Positions 9,869 to 21,497 of a stretch of 64,000 bases of DNA are shown piece after piece; the stretch's first letter is position 1; every line of letters starts with the position of its first letter. The notes under the pieces are model-generated. The model ran no database searches. It was not told where the DNA came from and saw nothing but the letters and a program-made list of their open reading frames with translations. Both the position numbers and the translations under genes were made by a program. Source of the DNA: an uncultured delta proteobacterium (GTDB lineage Bacteria; Desulfobacterota; RBG-13-43-22); contig CAWJJC010000012.1 of NCBI GenBank assembly GCA_963843145.1, positions 128,001-192,000 of the forward strand, given 5' to 3'.

Positions 9869-10822
9869 ATGCTGAAAAAAGAAGCCCCAGCGGATCTCCA
9901 TTCTCCTAGACCCTCCCCCTGGGAAGGTGTTTGGGTAATCGACAAACCGCCGGGACGCACCTCCCATCAGGTTTTGCAGAAAATCCGGGCACTTTCCCGG
10001 CACCGCAAAATGGGGCATATCGGCACCCTGGACCCTTTAGCCACCGGGGTGTTGCCGGTCTGTGTGGGGTGGGCTACCAAGCTGATCCCTTTTATTTCCG
10101 TATCCCCCAAGGTTTACCGGGCCCAGATGGTCCTGGGCCGGTCTACGGACACGCAGGACGTTTCGGGGCAGGTACTCCAAGTGTCCCTTGAACCGCTCCC
10201 CCGGCCCGAGGCTATTGTGAAAGCCTGCCAATCCTTTGTCGGGACCCAACGGCAGATCCCCCCGGTATATTCGGCCCTTAAGTTTCAAGGCCAACCCCTT
10301 TACCGCTGGGCCCGGAAAGGAAAACCGATAGTCAAACCATCCCGGGAGATTACCGTTGAATCGATCCGGATTTTGGAAATCGGGGGGGGGGTAGTTGATT
10401 TCGAAGTGACCTGTTCCTCGGGCACCTATATTCGAACCCTGTGCGCGGATATAGGCACACAGCTCGGTTGCGGGGCTTATTTAAATACGCTGCAGCGCAC
10501 CCGAAGCGGGCCCTTTACCCTGGAACAAGCCGTCCCCTGGGAAATTCTGGAGCAAGCGGCCTTTCAGGGGGGGCAGGAAGCCTGGAGGCTGCCCTTGGAT
10601 TTTATCCTGGGGCAATACCCCCAAGTTAAGGTTGAGGAAGCCTGGAAACAAAAAATAAGGCAGGGTTGTTGGATCGAACCCGAGGAGGCCCTTTCCGAGT
10701 GGCCGGCAGTTCAACCCGGTGAACCCGTTTGTGTGATCAGTCCGGGAAACCATTTACTGGCGATTTATCACCTCCCCGGGGATTTGAAAAGAGAACTCAA
10801 ACCCCTGCGGGTTTTGATTTAA
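9869..10822 (+). CDS. truB: tRNA pseudouridine(55) synthase TruB
   Basis: DKPPG.TSH, GHIGTLDPLATGVL, PPVYSALK, CSSGTYIRTL. Confidence 0.96.
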   Translation: MLKKEAPADLHSPRPSPWEGVWVIDKPPGRTSHQVLQKIRALSRHRKMGHIGTLDPLATGVLPVCVGWATKLIPFISVSPKVYRAQMVLGRSTDTQDVSGQVLQVSLEPLPRPEAIVKACQSFVGTQRQIPPVYSALKFQGQPLYRWARKGKPIVKPSREITVESIRILEIGGGVVDFEVTCSSGTYIRTLCADIGTQLGCGAYLNTLQRTRSGPFTLEQAVPWEILEQAAFQGGQEAWRLPLDFILGQYPQVKVEEAWKQKIRQGCWIEPEEALSEWPAVQPGEPVCVISPGNHLLAIYHLPGDLKRELKPLRVLI

Positions 10823-10851
10823 TTTATTAACTTAAACGAAGGAGGTCTAAA

Positions 10852-11121
10852 GTGGGATTAACCTTAGATCAGAAGAAAGAAGTTTTAGGTAAGTTTAGTG
10901 TCCATCCAACCGACACGGGATCCCCTGAAGTCCAGATTGCCCTGTTGAGCGAGCGAATTAAATACCTGACGGAACATTTCAAGACCCATGCCAAGGACCA
11001 TCATTCCCGACGGGGACTGCTGAAGTTGGTCGGTCAGCGAAAGCGATTACTGGGTTACCTCAAGAAAAAGGATGCTCAGCGGTATCGTAACCTTATTCAG
11101 GAACTGGGGATTCGTAAATAA
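10852..11121 (+). CDS. rpsO: 30S ribosomal protein S15
   Basis: [32 protein letters not shown]; GGAGG RBS and GTG start. Confidence 0.98.
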   Translation: MGLTLDQKKEVLGKFSVHPTDTGSPEVQIALLSERIKYLTEHFKTHAKDHHSRRGLLKLVGQRKRLLGYLKKKDAQRYRNLIQELGIRK

Positions 11122-11157
11122 ACCCCCTGGGTTCCCAATGAAAAGGAGTATGTTTGA

Positions 11158-13254
11158 ATGCCTCATAAATTAACGACTGAAGTCAATGGCAAAACCTTAA
11201 GTATAGAAACCGGTCGCGTGGCCAAGCAGGCCACCGGAGCGGTATGGGTCCAATACGGCGAAACGATCGTCCTGGTCACCGTGGTCTCCACCCAGGACGT
11301 CCGGGAGGGGATCGATTTTCTTCCTCTCACCGTGGATTACAAGGAGATGGCCTATGCGGCCGGACGGATTCCGGGAAGCTTTTTCCGAAGAGAAATCGGC
11401 CGTCCCGGTGAAAAAGAAACCCTCACCTCCCGTTTGATCGACCGTCCTTTGAGGCCCCTGTTTCCCAAGGATTATTTTTATGAAACCCAGGTGATTGCCA
11501 CGGTCCTTTCGGTGGATCAGGAAAACGATCCCGATATTTTGGCTATCATCGGGGCTTCCGCGGCTCTGGAGATTTCGGATATTCCCTTTCAGGGGCCGAT
11601 TGCCGGGATTCGCGTCGGCCGCATCGAGGGGGAGTTGGTGCTCAATCCTACCAGTTCTCAATTGAAGGACAGTGATTTTAATATCATCGTGGCCGGCACC
11701 CAGGAGGCGGTGGTCATGGTGGAAGGCTGGGCGCGGATGACCAGCGAAGAGGACTTGGTCCGGGCTATTTTTTACGGCCATCAGGGGATGCAAGGCCTCC
11801 TGGAAATGCAAAAAAAACTAGCTCAACTAGTCGGCCCCAAGAAAAGAACCTGGACGGGCACAGCGGTCAATGAAGAATTGACGGCTCGGATGACCGCTGC
11901 CGCGGCACCCGCAGTGGCCGAGGCCTTGACCCTGTCCGGGAAAATGGAACGCCACGAGCGGATGCGGGAAATCCTGCTTGACCTCCAACAACAATTTGGC
12001 GAAGATCCGACCCACCGTCCTCTCATCAGGAAGATTTTTGAAAACCTGGAACGGGACACGGTTCGACGGATGATCGTCAAGGAGAAAAAAAGAATTGACG
12101 GCCGAAAATTTAACGAGGTCCGCCCCATCTCTTGTGAGGTCGGGGTTCTTCCCCGGACCCATGGATCGGCCCTGTTTACCCGGGGGGAAACGCAGGTCCT
12201 GGCCGTGGCCACCCTGGGGACCTCCTCCGATGAGCAGCGGATAGATTCCTTAATCGGAGAAACCTTCAAGTCCTTCATGCTTCATTACAATTTTCCACCC
12301 TTTTCCGTGGGCGAGGCCCGAATGCTCCGGGGACCGGGACGAAGGGAAATCGGGCATGGGGCCCTGGCGGAACGCTCCCTGCTTCAGGTGCTGCCCAGTA
12401 GTGACACCTTTCCTTACACGATCCGGATCGTTTCCGAGGTGCTGGAATCGAACGGTTCTTCCTCCATGGCCACGGTCTGTGGCGGCAGCCTGTCCCTGAT
12501 GGACGCCGGGGTGCCTATCACGGCCCAGGTGGCCGGTATCGCCATGGGCTTGATTATGGAAGAGGAGGAGGTAATCATTCTAACGGATATTCTGGGGGAT
12601 GAAGACCATTCGGGCGATATGGATTTTAAAGTAACCGGCACCGTGGAGGGCGTCACCGGTTTACAAATGGATATTAAAGTCCAAGGGGTCAACCAGGATA
12701 TTATGGGACGGGCGCTAGAACAGGCCCGGGAGGCCCGGCTGTCCATTCTGGCCTTGATGGAAAAGACCATCGCCCAACCACGAACCAGCTTGTCCGACTA
12801 TGCGCCCAAAATAACCACCATTGAAATCAATCCCGAAAAGATCCGGGAAGTGATCGGGCCGGGGGGAAAGGTTATTCGGGCCATTGTCAGTGAGACCGGG
12901 GCTAAAATCGAGGTGGAAGATTCAGGGAGAGTTATTATCGCCTCTCCGGACGGGAAAAGTTCGGAGCGGGCCATTGCCATGATCATGGAAATCGTCCAGG
13001 AAGTGGAAATCGGGCGGTTGTATATGGGAAAGGTGAAAAAAATCATGGACTTCGGGGCCTTCGTCGAAGTCCTGCCTGGGACCGAGGGGCTGATTCACAT
13101 CTCTCAACTGGATAACCATCGGGTCAACAAGGTGACCGATGTCCTTCAGGAAGGGGACGAAGTGCTGGTCAAGGTGCTGGAGGTGGATAAGCAGGGAAAA
13201 ATCCGATTAAGCCGGAAGGCCGCTTTGGGGCAATCCCTGCCGGAGAAATCCTAA
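11158..13254 (+). CDS. pnp: Polyribonucleotide nucleotidyltransferase
   Basis: [37 protein letters not shown] and S1 domains. Confidence 0.98.
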   Translation: MPHKLTTEVNGKTLSIETGRVAKQATGAVWVQYGETIVLVTVVSTQDVREGIDFLPLTVDYKEMAYAAGRIPGSFFRREIGRPGEKETLTSRLIDRPLRPLFPKDYFYETQVIATVLSVDQENDPDILAIIGASAALEISDIPFQGPIAGIRVGRIEGELVLNPTSSQLKDSDFNIIVAGTQEAVVMVEGWARMTSEEDLVRAIFYGHQGMQGLLEMQKKLAQLVGPKKRTWTGTAVNEELTARMTAAAAPAVAEALTLSGKMERHERMREILLDLQQQFGEDPTHRPLIRKIFENLERDTVRRMIVKEKKRIDGRKFNEVRPISCEVGVLPRTHGSALFTRGETQVLAVATLGTSSDEQRIDSLIGETFKSFMLHYNFPPFSVGEARMLRGPGRREIGHGALAERSLLQVLPSSDTFPYTIRIVSEVLESNGSSSMATVCGGSLSLMDAGVPITAQVAGIAMGLIMEEEEVIILTDILGDEDHSGDMDFKVTGTVEGVTGLQMDIKVQGVNQDIMGRALEQAREARLSILALMEKTIAQPRTSLSDYAPKITTIEINPEKIREVIGPGGKVIRAIVSETGAKIEVEDSGRVIIASPDGKSSERAIAMIMEIVQEVEIGRLYMGKVKKIMDFGAFVEVLPGTEGLIHISQLDNHRVNKVTDVLQEGDEVLVKVLEVDKQGKIRLSRKAALGQSLPEKS

Positions 13255-13258
13255 GTCC

Positions 13259-14518
13259 ATGGTTCAGAAGACGGTTTTGCCCAACGGTCTCAGGATTATT
13301 ACCGAAAAACTCCCTCATCTCGTTTCCGTTTCCATGGGGATCTGGGTGGACAACGGGTCACGGGATGAATCCCCGGGACTGAACGGGATTTCCCACTTTA
13401 TCGAACATATGATCTTTAAGGGGACCCGGAACCGCAGCGCTCAACAGATTGCCAAGGAATTGGATGCTATCGGAGGGCTTTCCAACGCCTTCACCTCCAA
13501 GGAACATACCTGCTTTCATGCCAAGGTCTTAGGCCACCACCTGCCGCAGGTCACCGAGCTCCTGCTGGATATCTTCCTGCAATCGGTCTTTGATCCGGAA
13601 GAGGTGGAACGGGAGCGGATGGTGGTCCTCCAGGAAATCAGCATGGTGGAGGATACCCCGGACGAATTGGCTCATGTCCTTTACGGGGAAACGGTTTATG
13701 AGGGAAACCCCCTGGGCCGGAACATCCTGGGGACCCCGGAAACGGTGCAGGCCTTTACCCAGGATAATCTTCTACACTACCTTCAGCGGGCTTATGGGCC
13801 GGAGAAAGTGGTGGTGTCTGCCGCGGGGCAGTTGGACCACGAGGACTTCGTGAAGTTGCTGGCTCCGGAGCTTCTGAAACTTCCGCCCGTGGGAAAAAAC
13901 CCTGACCGTCAGAAACCCCTGCTGGCCTCCAAGTTTCGGGTGGTTCCCCGCGATTTGGAGCAGGTCCATCTGGCCATGGGAACCTGGGCTCCGGCGGCGG
14001 CCGATGAACAACGCTATGCCGCCACGTTGCTCAACGTGCTCATCGGGGGAAATATGAGCTCCCGCCTGTTCCAGGAAGTGCGGGAGAAACGGGGGTTGGC
14101 CTACGCCATTTATTCCTACCTGTCGTCCTTCCAGGACACCGGCATTTGGGGCATCTATACCGCGGTGGCCAAAGAAACCCTGCCGGAAACCTTGGAAGTT
14201 ATTGGCCGGGAGTTGATTAAAATAAGAAAGGGGGAGGTGACGCCGGGCGAATTGGCGATGGCCAAAGAATTTGTCAAAGGCGGCATATTGCTGGGCGCGG
14301 AAAACAATGACAATCGCATGACCCGTCTAGCCAAGAATGAATTTGTCTTTGGCCGCCATTTGACCTTCGAAGAAATCATGGAGGGATTGGACGCTGTAGC
14401 TTTGGAAGACTTGGTCAACCTGGCCGAGGAAACTATCCAGGGCGATCTTTTTTCTCTGGTGGCCCTGGGTCCGGTGTCGGAGGGGGAAATTCCCTTTCCC
14501 TGGATTTCCTGGTCGTGA
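13259..14518 (+). CDS. M16 family (pitrilysin-like) zinc peptidase
   Basis: [11 protein letters not shown] inverted zinc motif; [16 protein letters not shown]. Confidence 0.93.
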   Translation: MVQKTVLPNGLRIITEKLPHLVSVSMGIWVDNGSRDESPGLNGISHFIEHMIFKGTRNRSAQQIAKELDAIGGLSNAFTSKEHTCFHAKVLGHHLPQVTELLLDIFLQSVFDPEEVERERMVVLQEISMVEDTPDELAHVLYGETVYEGNPLGRNILGTPETVQAFTQDNLLHYLQRAYGPEKVVVSAAGQLDHEDFVKLLAPELLKLPPVGKNPDRQKPLLASKFRVVPRDLEQVHLAMGTWAPAAADEQRYAATLLNVLIGGNMSSRLFQEVREKRGLAYAIYSYLSSFQDTGIWGIYTAVAKETLPETLEVIGRELIKIRKGEVTPGELAMAKEFVKGGILLGAENNDNRMTRLAKNEFVFGRHLTFEEIMEGLDAVALEDLVNLAEETIQGDLFSLVALGPVSEGEIPFPWISWS

Positions 14519-14970
14519 GAGAAGTGACTGTTCAGGTGATGCGGGTTTTCCCGGACCGGGACCTGGATTTGCCGCTCCCGGCCTACCTGAGTTCAGGGGC
14601 GGCGGGGATGGACTTGGCCGCTGCTCTGGAGGGTGAGCTGGCCCTGGCTCCCGGGGAGATCCGGTTGATTCCCACCGGCCTGGCCCTGGCCATCCCCGAG
14701 GGGTTCGAGGGACAAATCCGGCCCCGGAGCGGATTGGCCTTGAAACACGGGATCAGCCTGATCAATAGCCCGGGGACGATCGACTCTGATTATCGGGGGG
14801 AAATTGGACTGCCGGTGATCAACTTGGGGACCCGTCCCTATACTATCCGCCGGGGGGAGCGTCTGGCTCAATTGGTCATTCAACGGGTTTACCGGGCCAA
14901 TCTTCAGGAAACCGATCACTTGGAGACGACCGAAAGGGGTCAGGGGGGCTTCGGCCATAGCGGGGCCTGA
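14515..14970 (+). CDS. dut: dUTP diphosphatase
   Basis: [32 protein letters not shown] motifs. Confidence 0.96.
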   Translation: MREVTVQVMRVFPDRDLDLPLPAYLSSGAAGMDLAAALEGELALAPGEIRLIPTGLALAIPEGFEGQIRPRSGLALKHGISLINSPGTIDSDYRGEIGLPVINLGTRPYTIRRGERLAQLVIQRVYRANLQETDHLETTERGQGGFGHSGA

Positions 14971-15085
14971 ACCGGCCTTTCTTCTCCGACCCTTGGGTTC
15001 CCCTTACTTAATTAAAGTATGCTTGTTCACCCTTTGGGGTGGGTAGCCATAATATAAAGCAGGTTAGTCTGAAAGCGGAGTTTCG

Positions 15086-15298
15086 TGGCCGTCGGGTCTC
15101 GGCGAAAGGGTTTTCCAAATGTACTCCGGACTCCGAAACCGGGCCTAAGTTACTAATTTTATATAAAGCAGGCCCATACTCCAAGACTTTTGAGGCTTCC
15201 CTGGCTGGCCCTGCCTTCGGGAAGATTTGAAAACACGGGGGCCGGGTTAAAACCTGAAAAGCAATATGGAAAACCCTTTCGCCGAGACCCGACGGCCA
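15086..15298. repeat. Perfect 32-bp inverted repeat enclosing a 149-bp spacer
   Basis: tggccgtcgggtctcggcgaaagggttttcca (15086-15117) is the exact reverse complement of 15267-15298. Confidence 0.95.
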
Positions 15299-15368
15299 TT
15301 CCGGAGACAAGGGGTTCCCGCCCATACGGGGGAAGCGTCAAAAATATTTTTAGTGACGGATTAAGGCG

Positions 15369-16325
15369 GTGACGGGCTATTTAGGCATTGATGTGGGTTC
15401 CATCAGCACCAATCTGGTGGTGCTGGGCGACTCCGGAGAAGTGGTGGCCAAGAACTATCTCAGGACCCGGGGGCAGCCTATTCAGGCGGTCCAGCAGGGG
15501 CTCAGGGATATTCAAAAAGCCTTGCCGCCTGGTTTGACCATCGGCCGCGTCGGAACCACCGGCAGCGGCCGTTTTATCACCGGTATCCTGGCCGGGGCGG
15601 ATGTAATAAAAAATGAAATCACCGCCCACGCCTTAGCCGCGATCCATACGGATCCCCAAGTACAAACCGTGCTGGAAATCGGGGGCCAGGATTCGAAGGG
15701 AATCATTATCCGTAATGGGACGGTGGTGGATTTTGATATGAATACCGTCTGTGCCGCCGGCACCGGATCTTTTTTGGATCAACAGGCCTTCCGCCTGGGG
15801 ATCCCGATCGAGCAATTCGGCCCTTTAGCCCTGCAATCCAAAAGACCCACCAAAATCGCCGGCCGGTGCACGGTCTTCGCCGAGTCGGACATGATCCATA
15901 AACAACAGATGGGACATACCCGGGAGGATATTGTGGCCGGCCTTTGTCAGGCCTTGGTCCGCAATTATCTGAATAATCTGTTTAAAGGCAAAGAGATCCG
16001 AGAACCCATTCTCTTCCAAGGCGGGGTGGCCGCCAATCAGGGTATGGCCCGGGCTTTCGAACTGGCCTTGCGCTGCCCCGTCATTGTGCCGCCTCATTAT
16101 GAAGTCATGGGGGCAATCGGCATAGCCCTCCTGGCCCGGGACTATCGACCAGAACAGGCGGCCACGCGCTTTAAAGGCTTCGATCTGACTCAAATCCACT
16201 ATCATTTTAATAGCTTTGAATGCAACGGCTGTTCCAATGGTTGTGAGGTCTTCTCGTTTGAGACCGATGAAGATCGGCCCATTTATTGGGGGGACCGTTG
16301 TGGTCGCTGGGAAAACATGCCTTAG
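15369..16325 (+). CDS. 2-hydroxyacyl-CoA dehydratase activase (BcrAD/BadFG ASKHA ATPase) with C-terminal Cys cluster
   Basis: GIDVGSIST, EIGGQDSK, CAAGTGSFL, RCTVFAESD, C-terminal CNGCSNGC...GDRC. Confidence 0.9.
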   Translation: MTGYLGIDVGSISTNLVVLGDSGEVVAKNYLRTRGQPIQAVQQGLRDIQKALPPGLTIGRVGTTGSGRFITGILAGADVIKNEITAHALAAIHTDPQVQTVLEIGGQDSKGIIIRNGTVVDFDMNTVCAAGTGSFLDQQAFRLGIPIEQFGPLALQSKRPTKIAGRCTVFAESDMIHKQQMGHTREDIVAGLCQALVRNYLNNLFKGKEIREPILFQGGVAANQGMARAFELALRCPVIVPPHYEVMGAIGIALLARDYRPEQAATRFKGFDLTQIHYHFNSFECNGCSNGCEVFSFETDEDRPIYWGDRCGRWENMP

Positions 16326-16337
16326 TCGGGGCGTTTA

Positions 16338-16799
16338 ATGGCTATCCAGAAAAAACGAGGAACCATAAACCAGGCGGAACAGGGCCGCAGGACCAAAGAG
16401 TCTCAACCCTCGGGCAAAAGGGGTATTCCGGTTCGACGGCCACCTGATCAAAAGGGGGGCTGCCCGGACCCCGCTCAAGTTCCGAATGAAGGGAAACTAC
16501 TCGCGGGAATGGAAAAAAAGTTGAAACGGGCCACCCGGCGTCTGGAATCCTTTCAAACCATAGGGAGACAACAGCGCGCCTTTTTGTCCCTTCAGTCCCA
16601 TCAAATCCGGGCCCAGTTGCATGCCGTCATGGGGTATACCGAATTGGTTTTAAGAAAAATCCAGGGGCAGTTGCCCGCTTCCCAGGCGGAAAATCTAAAA
16701 AAATTGTTGCTTAGCGTCGAAGGCTTGAAAGAGGCCATTGAAGGCCTGGAGGGATTTCCTTTGCTGGACCCTAAAAAGTCCCCGGCGAGAAAAATTTAA
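16338..16799 (+). CDS. Small protein with HisKA-like dimerisation/phosphoacceptor region and no ATPase domain
   Basis: SHQIRAQLHAVMGYTELVL resembles the H-box SHELRTPLNAIIGYSELL; no N/G/F boxes follow. Confidence 0.6.
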   Translation: MAIQKKRGTINQAEQGRRTKESQPSGKRGIPVRRPPDQKGGCPDPAQVPNEGKLLAGMEKKLKRATRRLESFQTIGRQQRAFLSLQSHQIRAQLHAVMGYTELVLRKIQGQLPASQAENLKKLLLSVEGLKEAIEGLEGFPLLDPKKSPARKI

Positions 16800-16890
16800 G
16801 ATCCTAATGATGATTCTCGATACCTATTGAAAGGGTAGAAATACATTCTCAGCATAAAATTTGTTAAGGACTGACCTTCGGGAGGTGCTG

Positions 16891-18303
16891 ATGACTGACA
16901 GGATAGGCTACCGCATTTTATTGGTCGAAGACCAACCCTTGGAGGCCGATTTTATCCGGCAAGAACTTTCGGATCAAGGCTATGCCGTCACCTGGGTGCA
17001 AGACGGCTTGGAGGCGCTCAGGGTGATTCGGGACACCATTCCGGATTTGGTTTTAATGGACATCCGGCTCCCGAAACTGGATGGGCTCGCGGTGCTCAAG
17101 CAAGTAAAATCCGATCCCCAGACTCAGTTCATCCCGGTAATCATGGTCACCGCTTTGACCGAACTGGAAGAGCGGGTCAGGGGCCTGGACGCGGGGGCAG
17201 ATGATTATATCACCAAGCCATTTCAATCCTATGAACTTTTGGCCCGGATTCGGTCCACCCTGCGCATCCGTCGCATGTACGAGGACCTGGCTTCCACTCA
17301 GGATAAATTGAAAAGAACCTGGGAAGAAAACCGACAGTTGCGCAGGGAGATTCAGGGCAAATACTCTTTTAATCAAATCTTGGGGCAAAGTGCGGCCATG
17401 CGCCAGGTTTTCCATTTGATGGAGAAAGCCGTCGAAAGCCCCATTACGGTGGTCATCCTCGGGGAAACCGGTACCGGCAAAGAATTGGTCGCCCGCTCGA
17501 TTCATTATAACAGCCCCCGGAAAGACCGAGCCTTTGTGGTTCAAAATTGCGGGGCCTTGCCGGAAAGCCTTTTGGAGAGCGAGTTGTTCGGCCATAAGAA
17601 AGGGGCCTTTACCGGGGCAGTGGCCGACAAAAAAGGCCTTTTTGAGATTGCCCATGGGGGCACTATTTTTTTGGATGAAGTGGGGGATACCCCTCCGGCT
17701 TTGCAGGTGCGATTATTGCGGGTATTGCAGGAAGGTGAAATCCGTCGCCTCGGCGAAGTAAAGCCCCTGACGGTGGATGTCCGGGTCATCGCCGCCACCC
17801 ATAAAGACCTGAAAGAGGAAATTAAGGCGGGGAAGTTCCGGGAAGATCTTTTTTATCGGATCTACGCCTTTCCCATTCCGCTTCCTCCCCTTTCCGAGCG
17901 GACCGGGGATATCCCGGTGCTGGTCGACCATTTCCTCAAGAAATACAATCAGCGTTTGGGGAAAAACTGTCGGCTCAGTTCAGACTGTTTAAATCTATTG
18001 GAAAAATATCCCTTTCCGGGAAATGTTCGGGAGTTGGAAAATGAAGTGGTGCGGGCCCTGACCCTGGCGACCGAGGAAGAGGAACTCCGTCCCAGACACT
18101 TGTCCGATAGTATTCGGGAGACGGGTTGGGGGTACTCCCCGGTCAAGGAGGGTTCAATTCAGGATCAAACCAGCCATCTGGAGAAGGGCATGATTGAGGA
18201 AGCCTTGAAGGCCTGCCGGGGTAACCGCAGCAAGACCGCCTTGAAACTGGGTTTGAGCCGTCGGGGATTATTGAACAAGATTAAGCGGTACGGTCTGGAC
18301 TGA
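16891..18303 (+). CDS. Sigma54-dependent response regulator (REC-AAA+-Fis HTH)
   Basis: Receiver (VEDQ, LMDIRLP, ITKPF), GETGTGKE, GAFTGA, C-terminal HTH; GGAGGT RBS before 16891. Confidence 0.95.
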   Translation: MTDRIGYRILLVEDQPLEADFIRQELSDQGYAVTWVQDGLEALRVIRDTIPDLVLMDIRLPKLDGLAVLKQVKSDPQTQFIPVIMVTALTELEERVRGLDAGADDYITKPFQSYELLARIRSTLRIRRMYEDLASTQDKLKRTWEENRQLRREIQGKYSFNQILGQSAAMRQVFHLMEKAVESPITVVILGETGTGKELVARSIHYNSPRKDRAFVVQNCGALPESLLESELFGHKKGAFTGAVADKKGLFEIAHGGTIFLDEVGDTPPALQVRLLRVLQEGEIRRLGEVKPLTVDVRVIAATHKDLKEEIKAGKFREDLFYRIYAFPIPLPPLSERTGDIPVLVDHFLKKYNQRLGKNCRLSSDCLNLLEKYPFPGNVRELENEVVRALTLATEEEELRPRHLSDSIRETGWGYSPVKEGSIQDQTSHLEKGMIEEALKACRGNRSKTALKLGLSRRGLLNKIKRYGLD

Positions 18304-18324
18304 ATAGCCGGTGGCGAGAACCTC

Positions 18325-18918
18325 ATGAGTAGGAACTCCTCTTGCGCGGGGATCATCTTAGCCGGCGGTCTGAACAGCCGGATGGCCGGCCGAAACAAGG
18401 CCCGCTTGCCCATCGAGGGGCAGACCATCCTGGATCGGCTCGTGCCCCTATTCCAGGCCTTTTTCGATCCCATCCTGATCGTTACCAACCAGCCCCGGGA
18501 CTATCTGGATGAAGGAGTAATCCTGGTCACCGACTTGGTCGATATCCGGAGTTCGTTGACCGGTATCTACAGCGGCCTGTTTTACTCCCCCCGACCCCAT
18601 GCCTTCATCGCCGGCTGTGATATGCCTTTTTTGAAACTGGAGCTTCTGGAATTAATTTTGAAAAATTTAGAGGCCCGGTGGGATGTGGTCGTTCCGGTCA
18701 CCGAGGAGGGGTATCAGCCCCTAGCGGCGATTTATTCCCGGCGGTGCTTAGAACCCATTGCCAGCCAGTTGGCCGAGGGGAAGTTAAAGGTTTCCCATTT
18801 TTATTCCCAGGTGAGGGTCAAGAAAGTACCCGAAACGAGTTTGAGACAGGTGGATCCGGAATTGAAATCCTTTTTTAACATCAATACCCCGGAAGATATG
18901 GATGGTCTGGAACCGTAA
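18325..18918 (+). CDS. mobA: Molybdenum/tungsten cofactor guanylyltransferase
   Basis: ILAGGLNSRM..NKA, GCDMPF, FFNINTPED. Confidence 0.9.
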   Translation: MSRNSSCAGIILAGGLNSRMAGRNKARLPIEGQTILDRLVPLFQAFFDPILIVTNQPRDYLDEGVILVTDLVDIRSSLTGIYSGLFYSPRPHAFIAGCDMPFLKLELLELILKNLEARWDVVVPVTEEGYQPLAAIYSRRCLEPIASQLAEGKLKVSHFYSQVRVKKVPETSLRQVDPELKSFFNINTPEDMDGLEP

Positions 18919-18961
18919 TTGCGAAAATAAAATCGATCACCGTTTTTGGTAGGAGTGTCGT

Positions 18962-20404
18962 ATGCCTGAATGGGAAGCCGTTATCGGGCTGGAAGTACAC
19001 GCCCAACTATTGACCGACAGCAAAATATTTTGTGGCTGCTCCACCCGTTTTGGGGCCGAACCCAACACCCATACCTGCCCGGTTTGCCTGGGATTGCCCG
19101 GTTCCCTGCCGGTCCTGAACAAAAAGGTGGTGGAGTATACCTTGCGCATGGCCCTGGCCACACAATGCACCATCACCCCGTACAGCCTCTTCGCCCGTAA
19201 GAATTATTTTTATCCGGATTTGCCTAAGGGATATCAGATTTCCCAGTTTGAAGCGCCGATCGCCTTGGGGGGGAATCTGGAAATAACGGTTCAGGGTATT
19301 CCGAAGCGGGTAGGGATCACCCGCATCCATATGGAAGAGGACGCCGGCAAGTTAATCCATGATGAAAGCCAACCGGTAAGTTACGTGGACTTTAACCGCA
19401 CCGGGGTGCCGTTGATGGAGATTGTCAGCGAACCGGACTTGAGGACCCCGGAAGAGGCCGGTGAGTACCTCCGGCGGCTCAGGGAGATCCTCCGTTACCT
19501 GGGGATTTGCGACGGGAATATGGAAGAAGGCAGTTTCCGTTGCGACGCCAACAGTTCCCTGCGTCTCCAGGGAGAAACCACCTTGGGAACGAAGGTGGAA
19601 TTGAAAAATATGAATTCCTTTAAGCACGTGGAAAAGGCTTTGGAATTTGAACTTCGCCGGCAGCGGGCGGTTTTGGAAGACGGGGACCTGGTGCTCCAGG
19701 AGACTCGACTCTGGGATGCCGCCCGGGGAGTCACGCTGCCCATGCGCGGCAAAGAAGAGGCCCATGACTACCGTTATTTTCCGGATCCGGATCTGGTCCC
19801 GGTGGAAATCAGCCCGGAATGGATTGTTACCGTCAGGAATAGTCTTCCGGAACTCCCCGGGGCCAAACGCCGGCGTTTTGTCGACGAGTACGGGTTGCCG
19901 GAATACGACAGTGAGATTTTGACTTCTTCCAGGGCCTTGGCCGAGTTTTTTGAACAGTGTGTCCGGCTCCACCCCCAGCCCAAGACCGTCAGCAACTGGA
20001 TCATGGTGGATTTAATGCGAGAACTCAAGCGAGAGGAAAAGGAAATCGAATTTTGTCCGATCACCCCCTCTCAATTGGCGACCTTGCTGGACCTGATTCA
20101 AGAGGGGCAGATCTCAGGGAAGCAGGCTAAAACGGTTTTTGAGGAGATGTTTCAGAACGGCCGGGATCCCCGGGGCATCGTGGAAGGACAGGGAATGGTC
20201 CAGATGACCGATCCCGAACAGATCCTTCCGGTCATAGAGGAGGTCCTGGAGGCCAGTCCCGGCCAAGTGTCCGAATATCGGGCGGGGAAAAACAAGGTGT
20301 TCGGGTACTTCGTGGGTGAGGTCATGAAGCGGACTAGGGGGAAGGCCAATCCGAAACTGGTTAATGAACTGCTGAAGAAAAAGCTGGAGGCGGATGATGA
20401 TTAA
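18962..20404 (+). CDS. gatB: Asp/Glu-tRNA amidotransferase subunit B
   Basis: [36 protein letters not shown]. Confidence 0.98.
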   Translation: MPEWEAVIGLEVHAQLLTDSKIFCGCSTRFGAEPNTHTCPVCLGLPGSLPVLNKKVVEYTLRMALATQCTITPYSLFARKNYFYPDLPKGYQISQFEAPIALGGNLEITVQGIPKRVGITRIHMEEDAGKLIHDESQPVSYVDFNRTGVPLMEIVSEPDLRTPEEAGEYLRRLREILRYLGICDGNMEEGSFRCDANSSLRLQGETTLGTKVELKNMNSFKHVEKALEFELRRQRAVLEDGDLVLQETRLWDAARGVTLPMRGKEEAHDYRYFPDPDLVPVEISPEWIVTVRNSLPELPGAKRRRFVDEYGLPEYDSEILTSSRALAEFFEQCVRLHPQPKTVSNWIMVDLMRELKREEKEIEFCPITPSQLATLLDLIQEGQISGKQAKTVFEEMFQNGRDPRGIVEGQGMVQMTDPEQILPVIEEVLEASPGQVSEYRAGKNKVFGYFVGEVMKRTRGKANPKLVNELLKKKLEADDD

Positions 20405-21494
20405 AACCATTGACTGGAAAGAAAACCGGGTGGTCATGATTGATCAGCGCAAGTTGCCCTGGGAAGAAATCTATGTGGTTTGTTCCGAATATCCCCAGGT
20501 CATCGAGGCGATTCGGACTATGGTCATTCGGGGGGCCCCGGCCATAGGGATTGCGGCGGCCATGGGCGCGGCCCTGGGGGCCCAAACCCTAAGCGCGGAA
20601 AATCCGGAGCAGTTCAGGAAAGGGTTTCAGGGCATTTGCCGCGAGATCGGCGCGGCCCGGCCCACGGCAGTCAATCTGACCTGGGCATTGGAGCGGATGG
20701 CGGCCACGATGGAAGACCGGTTGTCCGGGCGAGGGATGGCGGTTAAAACCGCGTTGATTCGGGAAGCCCGTCGGATGCTGGCCGAGGATGTGGCCATCAA
20801 CAAAAAAATGGGACTGGTCGGGCAGGAAATGATCCGGGACGGAGACACCATTTTGACCCACTGCAATGCCGGGGCCCTGGCCACCGGCGGCTACGGTACG
20901 GCCCTGGGCGTGATCCGGGCTGCCAAGGCGGCCGGGAAAAAGGTCCGGGTTTTCGCGGATGAGACCCGTCCCTTTCTCCAGGGGACCCGTCTGACCGCCT
21001 GGGAACTGGCCCGGGACCGCATCCCCGTTACCCTGATCACCGACAATATGGCCGGCTATTTTATGAAGAAAGGGCTGATCGATCGCGTCATCGTGGGGGC
21101 GGACCGCATTGCCGCCAACGGAGACGCGGCCAATAAGATCGGCACCTATTCGGTGGCGGTCCTGGCCAAGGCCCACCGGATTCCCTTCTACGTGGCCGCC
21201 CCTTGTTCCACCATCGATGCCCGGATAAAAACCGGTGAGGCGATTCCCATTGAAGAACGGGACCCGCGGGAGGTCACCCACTGGCGGGAGCTACGGATTG
21301 CCCCGGAAGGCATCAGCGTCCTGAACCCGGCGTTTGACGTCACCCCGCATTCATATATTGCCGGGATTATTACCGAGAAAGGCCTCTTAAAGCCGCCCTT
21401 CACCCGGAGTATTCGGGAAGCCCTGCGAGGGGCGGGGAGGCCTGAGATGGAAGATGGAAGAAGGAAGAGGGAAGCAAAAAAAGGCGGCAGATAG
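20397..21494 (+). CDS. mtnA: S-methyl-5-thioribose-1-phosphate isomerase
   Basis: [42 protein letters not shown]. Confidence 0.95.
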   Translation: MIKTIDWKENRVVMIDQRKLPWEEIYVVCSEYPQVIEAIRTMVIRGAPAIGIAAAMGAALGAQTLSAENPEQFRKGFQGICREIGAARPTAVNLTWALERMAATMEDRLSGRGMAVKTALIREARRMLAEDVAINKKMGLVGQEMIRDGDTILTHCNAGALATGGYGTALGVIRAAKAAGKKVRVFADETRPFLQGTRLTAWELARDRIPVTLITDNMAGYFMKKGLIDRVIVGADRIAANGDAANKIGTYSVAVLAKAHRIPFYVAAPCSTIDARIKTGEAIPIEERDPREVTHWRELRIAPEGISVLNPAFDVTPHSYIAGIITEKGLLKPPFTRSIREALRGAGRPEMEDGRRKREAKKGGR

Positions 21495-21497
21495 ACC

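Noticed and set aside
15086-15298. Retron a1/a2 repeats or c-di-GMP riboswitch
   Set aside because: No reverse transcriptase nearby and the riboswitch consensus motifs are not matched.
18962-21494. gatB without gatCA as an anomaly
   Set aside because: Separated gatB next to mtnA is, to my knowledge, a common arrangement in this lineage.
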